Assembly (NCBI GenBank): GCA_964016885.1
Contig: OZ024748.1
Span: forward strand, 50,592,001 to 50,656,000
From: Eledone cirrhosa
Taxonomy: Eukaryota
DNA: 64,000 nucleotides
Direction: 5' to 3'
The notes under the pieces were generated by a model. That model saw only the letters and a program-made list of their open reading frames with translations, was not told where the DNA came from and made no database searches. Positions 46,420 through 61,374 of the stretch are shown one piece after another. Within the stretch, counting starts at the first letter, position 1; the number at the start of each line of letters is the position of its first letter. The position numbers were made by a program, and so were the translations under genes.

Positions 46420-46637
46420 TATATATATATATATATATAAGCACTCGCGAACTCACGTAAACTTACATTTCCCGTTTTTATTCTACTGTATTTTAAGGTT
46501 CCTTTTTCAATTTCTTTTATTCTATGCCACTAAGCGTCTACATCTAATTTCCCCCATATACATATATATATAAAAGCCTGCTTTTAAATTCCCTTTTTGG
46601 CATATTTTCGCAGTAGTCTAGGGTTATCGTGTTTGAG

Positions 46638-46716
46638 CTCTACTGATGAACGACACTAACCGTGACCATCCCCACTGAAACGTTTCGTGAAATAGTCTTT
46701 TTAAGACCATATAGAG
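46638..46716 (+). ncRNA. Type I hammerhead ribozyme, intact core (H4)
   Basis: CTCTA-CTGATGA-ACGA..TCGT-GAAA-TAGTCTT-TTT-AAGACCA-TA|TAGAG; one stem III mismatch. Lies within TA-bounded island ~46572-46970. Confidence 0.8.
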
Positions 46717-46966
46717 TATTTGTAGTTTTTCCAAATTGAAGGATGAGTATTTAAGCTTTTTTTAAATTCTGAGTTAAGACTCTATTGGTTTCTCCCTGGA
46801 TTTCACAAAATCTGTGGATAAAATCTCTGTCTTGATTTTTTTGAATTGAGTTTGAATTATTTTCCCATATCTTACGTTAATTATTTTCGATTTTGACGTT
46901 AAAGTCACTTATATATTATAAAATAGTGTTGGCTTCTTGCTCACAATAATTTCTATATTTTCATTT

Positions 46967-47024
<58 letters not shown>

Positions 47025-47057
47025 GTATATATATATATACTTATATATATATATACT

Positions 47058-47085
<28 letters not shown>

Positions 47086-47088
<3 letters not shown>

Positions 47089-47364
47089 TAATAAAATAAT
47101 GAATAAACAAAGAAACAGTTCCTTATATTAAAAAATTCATCATTTTACGATCGTTTCTAGGATATATATGTTAGTGTTGGTATGCATATCCTATAGATCT
47201 ATGTAAATTTTTTACAAACTATCAGAGGGAATATACATACCTACACATATATATGCTGTCTTCAGAAATAATTATTTTAATACATCTTCTCTTTTCATGA
47301 TATTTGGATTACATTGAGTTCTTCATACGGATTGGACACTACCGTACACTTTGGTAGATTTATC

Positions 47365-47367
<3 letters not shown>
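47086..47367. mobile_element. Diverged, rearranged family C element
   Basis: Shares aaagaaacagttccttatatt..acgatcgtttctagga and ggattacattgagttcttcatacggattggacactaccg with 61371-61774. Confidence 0.75.
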
Positions 47368-47415
<48 letters not shown>

Positions 47416-47446
47416 AATGGAAACATTCACGTAATCAAAATATATG

Positions 47447-47508
47447 TTTTATTATATATATTTCGGAGGTACTGTGCTGCTTTTTCAGTACGTCCTCATC
47501 AGATAAAA
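47447..47508 (-). ncRNA. Minimal type I hammerhead ribozyme, intact core (H5)
   Basis: Reverse complement TTTTAT-CTGATGA-GGACGTACTG..CAGTACCTCC-GAAA-T-ATAT-A-TA|ATAAAA; 2-bp stem III with a palindromic loop. Confidence 0.85.
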
Positions 47509-47980
47509 TACATAATTGATGTATGACATACCTCAACTGTGCTGGATCAATTCCAGGGGGTGGGTATTTATGTGTCTGTGTGTAGATAACAGCAAGTAGT
47601 TTGGGGTTTTAGAATGAACTATATTATATAGACATCTTTTGTCTACACTATACTTGGCACGTCGTGGATATTTAAACGTAGTATATCCAGTTTCTCTGCA
47701 GGTTTGAAGACATCCCCAGAAAATGAGAGAAAGAGAGAGATTAAAAGAGAGAATAAATATGTCAGAAAGTGATATAGAGGGAGAATACTTTATTTAACGA
47801 TCTCGAAAGCACGAAAGGCAACCTTGAACTCGGTGTAATTTGAAATCGGAGAGTTCAGAGGGCTGAAAGTAACACCGTTAAAGGTTCTATCCGACGGTCT
47901 AAAGTTTCTCTCAATTTACTGCCCTATCAATAGCACTTACCTGTTCTTCTTTAGATCATCATTGTTATTATTATTGTCTT

Positions 47981-48531
47981 AGGTTGGTGGATTGGCAGTG
48001 GATTGGCAGTGGATCGGTAGAGGGTCGGACGCCATGCTTTGCAAGAAAGAGTTACGGCATTTTATGGTCTGAGTTCAAATCCCGCCGGGGTAAACTTTGC
48101 CTTTCATCCTTACGGGGTCGATAAAATAAAGTACCAGTAATGTATTGGGCTAATTGCTGGCCTTGTGCCAAAAGTAGAAACAATTATTATTCTCTTAGGG
48201 GGTTCAAATACCGCCAAGTTTAGCTTTTTTATTCTTATGGGTTCGATAAAGTACCAGTAATGAACTGGAAGCAAATAAAACGACTTTCCTCACGCCCAAA
48301 ATGTTCGATCTTGTGCCTAGATCAGAATCGATTATTATTATTTCTATGTGGATTGGCAGTATCGGTAGAGGGTCGGACGCCATGCTTTCCAGCATAGTTA
48401 CGTCCCTTTACGATCTGAGTTCAAATCCCGCCGAGGTTGACTTTGTCTTTCATCCTTACGGGGTCGATAAAATACAGTACCAGTAATACACTGGCTTAAT
48501 TGTGGCCTTGTGCCAAAAAGTAGAAACAATT
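47981..48531 (+). mobile_element. SINE S1 cluster (two young copies flanking an old one)
   Basis: Copies at ~47981-48190, 48200-48340 (diverged) and 48349-48531. Another old copy at ~47765-47925 (-). Confidence 0.85.
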
Positions 48532-48597
48532 ATTATTTCTACATCAACCACAACAACATCAACAGCAAGACAAAAGCAGCAGCAGAAAAAGCTGCTG

Positions 48598-48656
<59 letters not shown>

Positions 48657-49256
48657 GCTGCTTCTGCTGCTACTACTACTATTACTATCACGACCACCAT
48701 CACTACTACTAGTGTTACTACTACTATCACGACCACCATCACTAATCCTCCTCCTCCTCCTCCTCGTCCCACTACTACTACCACCACCATCACTATACTC
48801 AATCACTACCATTATCACTATCACCATCAACAACTTTGTTAATTTCTTTATTCCTATAATCCATCCTCGGTCTATTTACCGATTTTATAAAGTTTCTGTT
48901 CTTATTGCTGTTGATTCTGCTGTTGATTTCTGTTTTCTTATTTTCGTTTTTCTTTTTGTCATTTGTTCTTAATTTAGTTTTGTTTTGGCTTTAAGCAGAA
49001 CTTTTTGCCTGAGGATAAATTATTAAGTGAGCCATGAAATGATCTAAAATAACAAGTGTTATTACTGTTATGTGATCATAATATCTAGATTGAGCTCTGT
49101 TAAAATAGCAAATACAACAGGCCGATCATTCTTAAAGTTTAATCAACTCAGATTCTGGTTTATTAATGCCTTGTTCGAAATGGTGTCTTTATGATGTTGT
49201 GAAGAGATGTGTATAAGAAGCTAACTAGCTAACTACATACATACATATACGTATAT

Positions 49257-49318
<62 letters not shown>

Positions 49319-49438
49319 CACACACACACAGACACATGCACACGCGCAAATACACACACAGGTGCATACACATATATATATATACACACATATATAAATA
49401 TATGTGTGTGTGTGTCTTTATATATATATGTATATATA

Positions 49439-49530
<92 letters not shown>

Positions 49531-49747
49531 TTAATAAATAAAACATATGAGGAGCTGCAAAATCTAAATTGAAAATAAATGCTAGCAATTTTGGATGCAT
49601 TATAATTGTTATTATGCTGATATTTTTCATTATTATTGTCTTTAATATTGGTATTGCTTCTGTTACGATTTGGTCTCCGTTAAACCACCTCAAACACATA
49701 TATCTATATTTGTTATGTAAAAATATAATATATACATGCATACATAC

Positions 49748-49899
<152 letters not shown>

Positions 49900-50021
49900 T
49901 TGTGTGAGTGTTTGTTCATATATATATTTATTCTATATCCTATTAATATTATAGAACCTTTTGCGTTTCAATCTTCGAAGATTCCGACGATGATGCAGGC
50001 GCAATAATAGAAGAACTGAAG

Positions 50022-50055
<34 letters not shown>

Positions 50056-50064
50056 CTTCAGTTC

Positions 50065-50284
<220 letters not shown>

Positions 50285-50757
50285 GAGTTTAAACAGTCAT
50301 TTACAATTAATTAGCTCAAAGAAAGAAGCATTTCTTGTATATATATATACATATATATGGTGGCTGCCAACTCGTTTTCGAGTACGGCCACTACATTATA
50401 TCGATGTAGGAGAACTCCTACCAATGCGCTGAACTTTTAGTCCAGCCAGCGACTTGAAAACTCTGGTACAAACACTACACTTGTGACAATTATTGACACA
50501 TAGTGCTGGGCCCATGGTACCATATGACGACAAGTGCAGAGAGATCTCCAGATATAAAGCAATGCCTGTGCCGTGAAGCTTTTATAGTGAGCAAAGGCAC
50601 TGCACAAAGCCAGTCCCACACTCTTAACCAAGATGATATTTACCAAAAAGAAGAACAAGTCAACATCATTGGATACCATCAGAGTTGCAGGTGTTATATC
50701 AGAGTTTTCCTTTTCACATAATTCTGCCTTGACAAAGGCTAAGGGGTCATCTCTCCC

Positions 50758-50831
<74 letters not shown>

Positions 50832-51344
50832 TATTGATATTAATATTTAATTATAATACAATTATTTACCCTTACACCAATAGAATCATACTTGTTGAAA
50901 ACACGTTTCTAATACACAGAGAAATCGTTGATATTCTCAGAACGTTTGTAATACGCGATTTTATTGCACCTTCCATAGCAGACACGTTCTCCGTTTTCCT
51001 TCACATATGCTGTTGTTTTTATTGTCGTTAGCCATCAGGAAATTTAACATTTGTATAGAGTTTATAAATGTTTACCACTAAATTCAAAATATGGGCCAAA
51101 GTAAGCACGCTTACAATACAATTTTTCCTTCTTCTTATCATTACTTTACTCTCATCACTTAAAGCAAAGTTAATAGTGATATCAAGATTTCTTGCAAGGA
51201 TATAGGTGAGAATATCTGTATGGTCTCCCAACACTTTGGCACTATAATTTCATTTTCGTTCCTCTATTGAATTCAGGAGCTAGCTTCATAGTAACTAATC
51301 AATGCTCTGCATAGTGACATACTTTATCTTTTCATTTGTGGCTA

Positions 51345-51549
<205 letters not shown>

Positions 51550-51626
51550 GCATATATACAATATATATACACATCCATATAAATACATATATATGTATAG
51601 ATACATACATATAGATATATACAGAC

Positions 51627-51826
<200 letters not shown>

Positions 51827-52911
51827 TTTCTGCCTAACACGAAAGTGGACATTAAATGTGATATATTCTACTGGCTAGAGGCCTTACTTTAAGATAAAGT
51901 TTTATAATAACTGTGTGAAAATCAAAATACTTCCACTTCGGAATCGTCATTACCGTACCCATATATTAGATATTCCAAAGTTAACAGTTTTTCTTTTAAG
52001 TGGTCAGAGTCGAACTAATTTCTTTCGTCAGTGTTACCTCGTTGTCCAGTTTAATATCACCACCATGCTTTTGTTGTTGTGTACCATTTTGGTGAATGCG
52101 CTCCACTTTCTGGCTAGGTCAGCATTTTTACCTCTCTCTCTTTTGTTCCGCAATTTTCAAGTAGATTGGGAAAGAATATCATGAGCTCTGTTCTGAATAA
52201 GCTGTAAAATTTCATAAACATTTCTAATAATGCATCTAACTAGAAATAGATATTCGGTAGATTATAAAGACAACGCTAATTAAAGAATAAGCACAAAAGA
52301 CAAATGCAGGCATATCTTTTTGCACTTATTCTGACACCATCAGCGAATCATGGCCTTTCTCTTACAAGCCGATGTTGAAATAGATGGGTAACGTGTTTGT
52401 TGTTACTGTTGTTAAAACCTAAATCTATCCTGAAAAACATCCGATGATTGTAGACTTTTCAGCCGTGACCATTCCATTTTTAGTCAGTTTGTCTCTCTTT
52501 CCACTTTTAAGACCATTTGCTATGATTTCACGATAATGTAGCTTTTGTTTCCATGAACTTGAGTGAAAAGTAGAAGCTATCTTGGTTTCTCGTGAATCAC
52601 TCACTGAACATAACATCTGGTATAATGTTTAGCGCGAGGGAGTAGAACTAATTAAAGCTTATATGATTTAGAAACGCTGACGCCATAACAAAACAAGAAA
52701 TAAACCGCGTATGTCACATCAATACTGTTAAATAGGTCTGCTAGAAATAGCAGTGATATCCACTCTAAAACGACACTGAGCCACGTCAGACAATATGAAT
52801 TGGTGTATTTTGTCTCATTAAGTTGAGATTTAAATTCCATTATCACCCAGTTCAATATCAGTCAAATACCGGGTCGTGTTTTCCTTGACAGTTGCTGCAC
52901 TAACCACTCCC

Positions 52912-52970
<59 letters not shown>

Positions 52971-53046
52971 ATCCGGCCGTGTGGCAATGGTAGGGGAACA
53001 ATATGATTAGTATTATTAATGTTACAATGTTAATAACTTTAATATA

Positions 53047-53260
53047 ATGATTTCTAATATAGACACAAGGCCAGTAATTTGGGGGGAAGGAAGGCGATTA
53101 AATTCGACCCCAGTACGTTACTGGTGCTTTATTTTATCGACCCCGTAAGGATAAAGGCAAAGTTAACCTCGTTGGGATTTGAACTCAGACCGTAAAGGAC
53201 CGTAACTCTATGCTGCAAAGCATGGTGTCCTACTCTCTACCGATACTGCCAACTCACCGC
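53047..53260 (-). mobile_element. SINE S1, long-tail variant
   Basis: Core on the minus strand; TSD ataactttaatata. Confidence 0.85.
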
Positions 53261-53394
53261 TTTTTATAACTTTAATATAGTGGGACATATTGGTAGCGCG
53301 GAATGTTGTATTTCTCTTTACACTCATATTTAAACCATGGCTTTGATCACATCGGGGTCGATAAATAAGGGACCGATTAAGTAATTAGAAGGAT

Positions 53395-53512
53395 TTCTTC
53401 TTCTTCTTCTTCTTCTTCTTCTTCTTCTTCTTCTTCTTCTTCTTCTTCTTCTTCTTCTTCTTCTTCTTCTTCTTCTTCTTCTTCTTCTTCTTCTTCTTCT
53501 TCTTCTTCTTCT
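53395..53512. repeat. (CTT)n microsatellite
   Basis: Direct inspection. Confidence 0.95.
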
Positions 53513-54451
53513 CCTCCTCCATTCTTGGTGAGAATGGCCGTGGTATATCACTCACAGCGTCTCGTTGTCGGGAAATAATGAATGTTTTAGTGAGAGTTTA
53601 ACAATTACTTCTCATGAACAAAAAGCAAAAAAAAAACTAAACGACAACAAAAACAAAAACTGATGAGTTAATTTAACCAACTGAAGAATATCTGATATCG
53701 GAAATAAAGAACACAGAGATTATTTAGTTATCCCCGATTTCAATATGTTTTACTGGTAATTATCTTATCAGTTTTATAAGACAATATATTTGGAAGAAAA
53801 AAAAGAAAAGAAAAGAAAAAGAAAAAAAGGAAAAAAAGAAAAAAAGAAAAAAAGAAAAAAAGAAAAAAAGGAAAAAAGAAAAAAAGAAAAAAAGAAAAAA
53901 AGAAAAAAAGAAGAAAAAAAAAGATACAATAAATTTTGTAATCAAAACGAGAAAAATCGATGACAATATTGTAATACTTTTAATCTCATACGACCACACA
54001 ATTTGAACCCAAAACAACGACAAAAATGAAAAAAATGACATGTTTTATTTTTCAATATTTTCCTTTCTATTTTTTAAAAATTCCTTTTCAGAAGAACCAT
54101 TCCTAAATGCAAGACACACATTGAATGTCAAACTAAATAAAATAAAAATCAAAACTATTCAATGAGATTCGGTTGGAAACCTATTCATGAAAGAGGTAGA
54201 AATAAACCTGTACAGCATATTAAATGGAATCGGTAGTTTCAAGTCTAGATATTTCTATAAAAGAAATAAGAAAAGAAAATTATATTTAAAGATCTTAACT
54301 CATATAAAATGATGAGATAAAATATGAATATGAGAAAATATACATATATATGTGTAACCCACTCACACGTGTATCAGTGGTGATGAGTACTTGCATATAT
54401 GCATTGAAGCGTACATAGACATATGCCCACACACATAAATACACAAACACT

Positions 54452-54547
<96 letters not shown>

Positions 54548-55512
54548 CATGTGCCTGTGTGGGCGTGCATGTATATATTTGTGCATGAGTGTGCTTATGT
54601 ATACATAATTATATTGTATATGATATATATTAAGGTATAAACAAAACTTTATGTTAATATCTTGGGCTCTTCCATAAATAGATATTCTTCTCCCCCTTCT
54701 CTATATGTAAGGATATATATACATATACATACATACAGACACACACACTCACACACACACACACACATATATACATAATTATATATATATAAATATATAT
54801 ATATAATCATATATATATAAATATATATATATAATCATATATATATATAATCATATATACAAATATGTTTTTGCGTGTATTTGTGTGTAAAGATGAGTTA
54901 TGTGTGTGTATATGTTCTTGTGCATTGGTGAGCATTTATGAATGGGTTGGTGTATACGTTGATCTCCATATTCAGATCCGTCTTTTTGATTCATTCAATC
55001 TCTAGTATTTTACGAATCTCGAACTAATTCTGAATATAAAACATTTTCGAATTTCATATTCTTTTCAGTGTCAAGAGAACGCTAGTTCATTTAAATGATG
55101 AAATTTACGAAGATATCGAAATGTGTAGCTTTGATGACTGATTTTGTACGCCATATTGGTTTGTGTTAGAGTCACGAAATTAATCAGCTAACCAATAGTG
55201 AACATGTGATCAAATGTTACGTGACACCACACCAGCCTTAACACAATCAAAACGGAACTGCTGCTAACTAATTTAAGTGTACAAATAGGTCTACCTTCTA
55301 TAAAATCTACAATGCTTCAGCCGGATTTCTAAGTATTGAACAAACATCGAAGATGTGAAAAATAACACAACAATAACTAATATTTGTGTGAGAGGCGAGA
55401 ATTAGATATAAAGAAATATAGACAGACAGATCAATGGATAGGTAGATGAAAGAAAGATAGATAGAAAGGTAGATTACTTGATTGATTGATAGACAGGCAG
55501 ATAGATATACAG

Positions 55513-55543
<31 letters not shown>

Positions 55544-55577
55544 AAGCGAGAGAGAGTGAGAGAGAGAGGGACAGACA

Positions 55578-55930
55578 GGTAGTGAGGCTTGGGCGTTGTG
55601 TGCAGAAGACATGCGTAGATTAGAAAGAAACGAAGATCGCATGCTCCGATGGACGTGTAATAGTTAATGTACGTGAACGGCAAAGCATAAACGCATTCAG
55701 AAAGAGACTAAGCATAAGAGGTATCTAATATGTTGTGTCCAGGAGAGGAGATTGCGTTCATGTGATGGACATGTGATGCGTATGAAAGACAACAGATGTA
55801 TAAAAGAGTGCAGGGCGATCAAAATTGATGGAAGCTGACCTTGCTTACTTACACCTCTCTAAGACAATGTCACTGGATCGAAATCTTTGGCGCTATGCAG
55901 TCATACAGAAGACCCGCCTTCCCTTACGTA
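55578..55930 (+). mobile_element. Decayed 3' fragment of RTE-clade LINE
   Basis: GSEAWALCAEDMRRLERNEDRMLRWTC..RRLRSCDGHVMRM..DRNLWRYAV, with frameshifts. Confidence 0.8.
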
Positions 55931-56069
55931 CGAACTTAAACATACAGTCAGTAGGCACCTTTTAACCCAATATAGACCACACCCCACACCCCACACACCC
56001 GGCTCCATCCTCCCACTTCCGTCGACACCACCTTTTCCTCTGTGAAGTTATGTTGGTCCCACAGAACAT

Positions 56070-56344
56070 CCAATCCACATTGTAAAGTGGTCGTGTAGGT
56101 GACGCGCAAAAAGCACCCAGTCCACACTGTAAAGTGGTCGTGTAGGAGACACGGTAAAAACGCTCCCAGTTCACACTGTAAATGTGCGTGGCGTTAGGAA
56201 GTGCATCCAGCCGTAGAAACCCTACCAGAAACAGTTCTGTATGACCGAGACACGGTCACCCGACCAATCTTGCCTCAAGTGGGACAAACCCGTCCAACCC
56301 ATGCTAGTGTGAAATATGCACGTTAAACGATGATGATGATGATG

Positions 56345-56345
<1 letters not shown>
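56070..56345 (+). mobile_element. 3' part of a second SINE family (RTE-type tail) with an internal ~48-bp tandem repeat
   Basis: ggcgttaggaagtgcatccagccgtagaaacc..cccgtccaacccatgctag..cgttaaacgatgatgat. Confidence 0.7.
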
Positions 56346-56380
<35 letters not shown>

Positions 56381-56533
56381 GGGGGAGATACATAAGTATG
56401 CAGATATATATATATATAGATGAATAGATCGATTGTCGGATAGAATGATAAAATTACCTGATCAAGTAATTACAAATAGGTATAGGCTTAGACAATTACA
56501 TACATAGTCATGCGCACACATACATATTCACAC

Positions 56534-56576
<43 letters not shown>

Positions 56577-56580
<4 letters not shown>

Positions 56581-56693
56581 GCCAAGGTTAATTTTGCCTT
56601 TCATCCGTACGGGGTCGAGTACCAGTAGATAAAATAAAGTACCAGTAATACACTGGGATAATTGCTGGCCTTGTGCCAAAAGTAGAAACAATT
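56577..56693 (+). mobile_element. SINE S1, 5'-truncated
   Basis: Core with a small internal duplication (agtaccagta). Confidence 0.85.
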
Positions 56694-56918
56694 ATATTAT
56701 ATTATATAATAGTTTTTTTTTAACAATGATAACAAAGGTAAGTCATTTTACATATCATATATATTATATGTGTTTGTGTGTGTGTCTATAAATAGGAAGA
56801 CACAAAGCAGGCTTTGTTTACAAACGGGAAGCGAATTTTAAATTTAGGTAGTAACATGTGCTTACGCCGTATTTGACTACATAGAATTAGTCTGTTAGTT
56901 TTGATTTAAAAAAACCCT

Positions 56919-56948
<30 letters not shown>

Positions 56949-56949
<1 letters not shown>

Positions 56950-57159
56950 ACGAAGGAAATGTGGTAAGGTACCAGGTGGACCATAACGCACCAAAGTACT
57001 CAATACTTGAGGTAGTAGAGTGGGTAATAGGAACCAGTAAGACCCCGACAGCTGAGCTCAAGCCGTTTCGACGGCTAATTCTCAGAGAGAATTAGCCGTC
57101 GAATATAGAGAATTAGCCGTCGAAACGGCTTGAGCTCAGCTGTCGGGGGCTTACTGGTT

Positions 57160-57162
<3 letters not shown>
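56949..57162 (-). mobile_element. Fold-back family A element with duplicated centre
   Basis: Same termini as the 39990 copy; agagaattagccgtcgaa occurs twice at the centre. Confidence 0.8.
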
Positions 57163-57199
<37 letters not shown>

Positions 57200-57904
57200 G
57201 AGATAGAGAAAGAGGGATGAGAGAGAGAGAGGGGGGGGGAGACGGTACTGCTCCACAATTTGGCTACGTTGTCGTTAGTTGTTTATATATTATTCATTAT
57301 TAGTTATTGGATTATTGCATATGTATATAACTGGTAGATTTATTTGCCTAGTGAAACCATAGAAGTTGAGAATCAATTGTAACTTAGAGATTATATAATA
57401 CATATTTGATGCTATGAAGTTGCGAAGTTAGTTCCTTAGATATTACCTTAATACTTGTGGTGTGATAATAAGACTATAGAATTTAATATAATAGTAGTTA
57501 TGTTAAATTGCAGAACACGAGGAAAATAGTAGTGTTCTTCGTGTGCACATATAATATACAATATATTTCGTTGAACAGATTGGTTAGTTGATTTGCTTTG
57601 AGGAATGTATAATCAAAAGTTTCGGCCTTTTCTATTTGGATTGAGAACTGACTGAATAGCTTTTCTCATCTAGTAGTCAAAGAAGGTAACTGGTACGTTA
57701 GGTTCTTTATGCATGCATGATCCCGTAACTCCTATGGGAATCGTAGCGGCACTATACGGAGCTTCCATGGCATATTTATACCTGGCGGAGCCCGTCCCAG
57801 CCCAGGCTTGAATACAGCAGATTTCTTCCAGTGATAGATATGGAGGGTGAGAGAATGGAAGTGAGAAAGAGATAGAGAGAAAGAATTGCCCCTTGTTGTT
57901 GACT

Positions 57905-58037
57905 GGTTCATTTTATCCACCTTGAATGGATGAAAGGCCAAGTTGCCCTCAGTGGGATTTGAACTGAGAGTGCAGAGTGCCACAACGAATACTTCTGAGC
58001 ATTTTATCCGACGTTCTAATGACTGTCAATTCGTGGC
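57905..58037 (-). mobile_element. Old diverged SINE S1
   Basis: ggatgaaaggccaagttgccctcagtgggatttgaactgag. Confidence 0.7.
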
Positions 58038-58811
58038 CTATTAGGATGATTATACATCAACCAGAATCCACTGGCTGAACAACTTACAACATACATTACT
58101 ACAACAATATATCTAAAGCAAAAATATCTAATATCAACGATCACGCCAAACTTAATAAGACAAGCCAATCTGTATGCATTCTTGGATACACTCATTCTCG
58201 CAAATAACGACTGATATTGTCAAATTCTTACTGTTCATATAACAACTTAAATTTGTCTTGTGAATAGAGAATAACACTTTACTGGCAATAGAAAAAATTG
58301 TATTACATGATCGCCCGACTCTCTTACACACATATTGAAGAGAGAGAGAGACAGAGAGCTTTGAATTCAAAGACTATTCATCGTTTTCATAATTATACAC
58401 AGAACATTAAGAAATTATAAGATGACATTATGATACGGCTGAATGAATAAATGACTCAGTTATTGAGAGGAAGGAATTATATTTCTTCATTCCATTTTTT
58501 ATATATATTTTTCTATTTAATTTTTCACAAATTTTATAACCAAATTGATTGGGAAAATATGAAAGAACACACGTAGACACTTGCACACAAACGCTTCATC
58601 CCCACCCCACACGTATATAAGGAGCGGGAATGTGTATGAATGTATGTATATGAACATTTTTCAGGTATAATTATCAAAATTGAAATCATAAATTAAATTA
58701 ATGAATACACACACACACAAACAAACATACACGCATTAAAGCATATATATATCTATCTATATATATATATAATATATAATATATAAGTGTATGTATATAT
58801 ATGAGTTTGTA

Positions 58812-58860
<49 letters not shown>

Positions 58861-58880
58861 TGTGTATGTATATATATGTT

Positions 58881-58927
<47 letters not shown>

Positions 58928-58954
58928 ATATATATGTGTATATATATATATGTT

Positions 58955-58993
<39 letters not shown>

Positions 58994-59020
58994 ATATATA
59001 TGTGTATGTATATATATGTT

Positions 59021-59070
<50 letters not shown>

Positions 59071-59323
59071 CAATGAGGGTATGTATATGTGGAGATGTGT
59101 GTGTTTATTAATTGTCAAAAGAAATAGAGAAAGGAGTTAAGGTAAAATATTTGACGTCATCATTAAAAAAAATCTTAAATGATTATCTGGCTTGTGGTTA
59201 GCAATATTTTCTCTCGTGCTTTTTTCTTATACATATCATCTTCATTCATTCTATTTTCATAATTACTCAAGAACAGAATACACACGCACGCACACATACA
59301 CACACAGGCATCCATTTACATAC

Positions 59324-59360
<37 letters not shown>

Positions 59361-59450
59361 TATATATCACTATTCAGACAGCCTCCGAAAGTAATGGTTG
59401 TATTTTAAAAGGGTACGTCAAAGCTATTTATAAAACTGTTATATATTGTA

Positions 59451-59511
59451 TTTTGTCTGATGAAGGCATACCATAATTTAATATGGTATCCCTGAAATAT
59501 GTATAATGAAA
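59451..59511 (+). ncRNA. Minimal type I hammerhead ribozyme, intact core (H6)
   Basis: TTTTGT-CTGATGA-AGGCATACCATA-ATTTAA-TATGGTATCCCT-GAAA-T-ATGT-A-TA|ATGAAA, overlapping AATAAA. Confidence 0.85.
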
Positions 59512-59644
59512 TAAATATGGTTTTATAATTATAGTTTCCATTTATTAATATCGTATATCTACTCCAAAAACTTGTCGAGTGCTTTATATCAGTTATAAAA
59601 ATATTTACTTGTTGTATCCCAACAACTTTATATAGAACTTTTGC

Positions 59645-59684
<40 letters not shown>

Positions 59685-59958
59685 GGAATAGAATGAAACG
59701 AAATTTCATTTCTCACTCTTAGTACGGCACTTACTTTAATGTAAGTATGTATGTATGTATACGTACATACATATATATATACAGAGGTACAGTAGTATGT
59801 ATATATATACATACATACATACATGCACACATATATATATATATATGCACGTATCGGTTTACCGAACATTTATTATAATGCTCGGTTTGTTTGTTTGTAA
59901 ACAAACAAACAGCCCGGATTACGCCGTACAGTGTTTATATTTATATAATTCATCGCCG

Positions 59959-60009
<51 letters not shown>

Positions 60010-60082
60010 TATAAATATACATATGTGGTCGAAAATAACTATGCAGGAGTTTTAACGTAAAAACAATTTAACCTAATAAGAA

Positions 60083-60126
60083 ATGTTTTGAAGATCCAAA
60101 ATGGAGAAAGCAGGCTTTGCTAGCAT
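60083..60126 (+). ncRNA. Degenerate type I hammerhead (H7), family B-like
   Basis: ATGTT-TTGAAGA-TCC-AAAAT-GGA-GAAA-GCA-GGCTT-TGC-TA|GCAT; C3-to-T change and imperfect stem I. Confidence 0.6.
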
Positions 60127-60212
60127 CAACTTTTTATACATGTTATGAAGATCCTTTTTTAAATATCCATCAGGTGCGCTTTTCGAAACATTCAAAATTA
60201 TTTTCCTAATAA

Positions 60213-60257
<45 letters not shown>

Positions 60258-60411
60258 AAAATCGGAATTAAGAAGAGTATTCCGCAGTTCACTCTAGTAA
60301 TAATAATAACAGTATTATTAGCTCAAAGAAGAATAGAGAATTTCCTTCCGAGCTCAAATGCAAGTATATTACACAAAGAGAAATGTGTTACACAGTGAGA
60401 AGTGTGTAAAG

Positions 60412-60471
<60 letters not shown>

Positions 60472-60629
60472 TTAATTATACTATTTATGGTTATGTAAAT
60501 ACAAAAACCTTTTGCAGTTATATATATTTTTTTATACATACCCTAAATAGTGGTAGGCAGTAATATATTACTACCTTATTACGAGTAAGTTAAGTAGCTC
60601 AATGTAAAAACATCAGATGATTAATAAAT

Positions 60630-60676
60630 TGCTCCGAAGAATCCAAACCTCGGTTTGGAGGAAACAGTTGTAAGCA
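60630..60676 (+). ncRNA. Type I hammerhead with one core substitution (H8)
   Basis: TGCT-CCGAAGA-A-TCCAAAC-CTCG-GTTTGGA-G-GAAAC-AGTT-GTA|AGCA. Confidence 0.75.
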
Positions 60677-60707
60677 CAAAAATGTTTTGAACAGTTCTTT
60701 GATTCTT

Positions 60708-60768
<61 letters not shown>

Positions 60769-61312
60769 TATATATATATACTATATACATATAGGTATGA
60801 ATGTATGTGTGTAAATAACGGCGAAACTGCTGTCGGGAAGAAAAGATAGGTATATTTTTGTCTATTATTTCCTCGCATTTTTTAATTTGTTAAATAGCTC
60901 TAATTAATGAATTATTTTGATTATTTTGATTATTTTAATTCTTTCGGTCATTGAACAAAGCTGGTCAAGGCGTGCACCACATGCACACATACACCTATGT
61001 ATCTGTATGTGCGTATATCATTACTATATTGTCCAAAACTCTCTTATAGTCAAGTTAACCATGTCGGTGCTAACTGCGTTTTCTCGCTTAATGTCTACCT
61101 TTACTTCCCTTCTGTGACCACAGAATCACGTATTAATTACTCCCCCCGTCTCTCTAAATGTTTTACTTATTGCGATCGGGTCAAGAAATAGTTTAATAAT
61201 TGTGGGGTCTTCAGAACAGCGATAGTGCACTTCTATAGTGCGTAGTTTGCTGCAAAGCAATTCGGCGAAACTGCAGTATATTTTTGTCTCTTATTTCCTC
61301 GCACATTTAAAC

Positions 61313-61370
<58 letters not shown>

Positions 61371-61374
<4 letters not shown>

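Noticed and set aside
47140-47230. Complete HHR using CTGATAG on the minus strand of the family C relic
   Set aside because: The core is non-canonical and stem I does not pair; only the 3' half (GAAAC-GATC-GTA) is supported.
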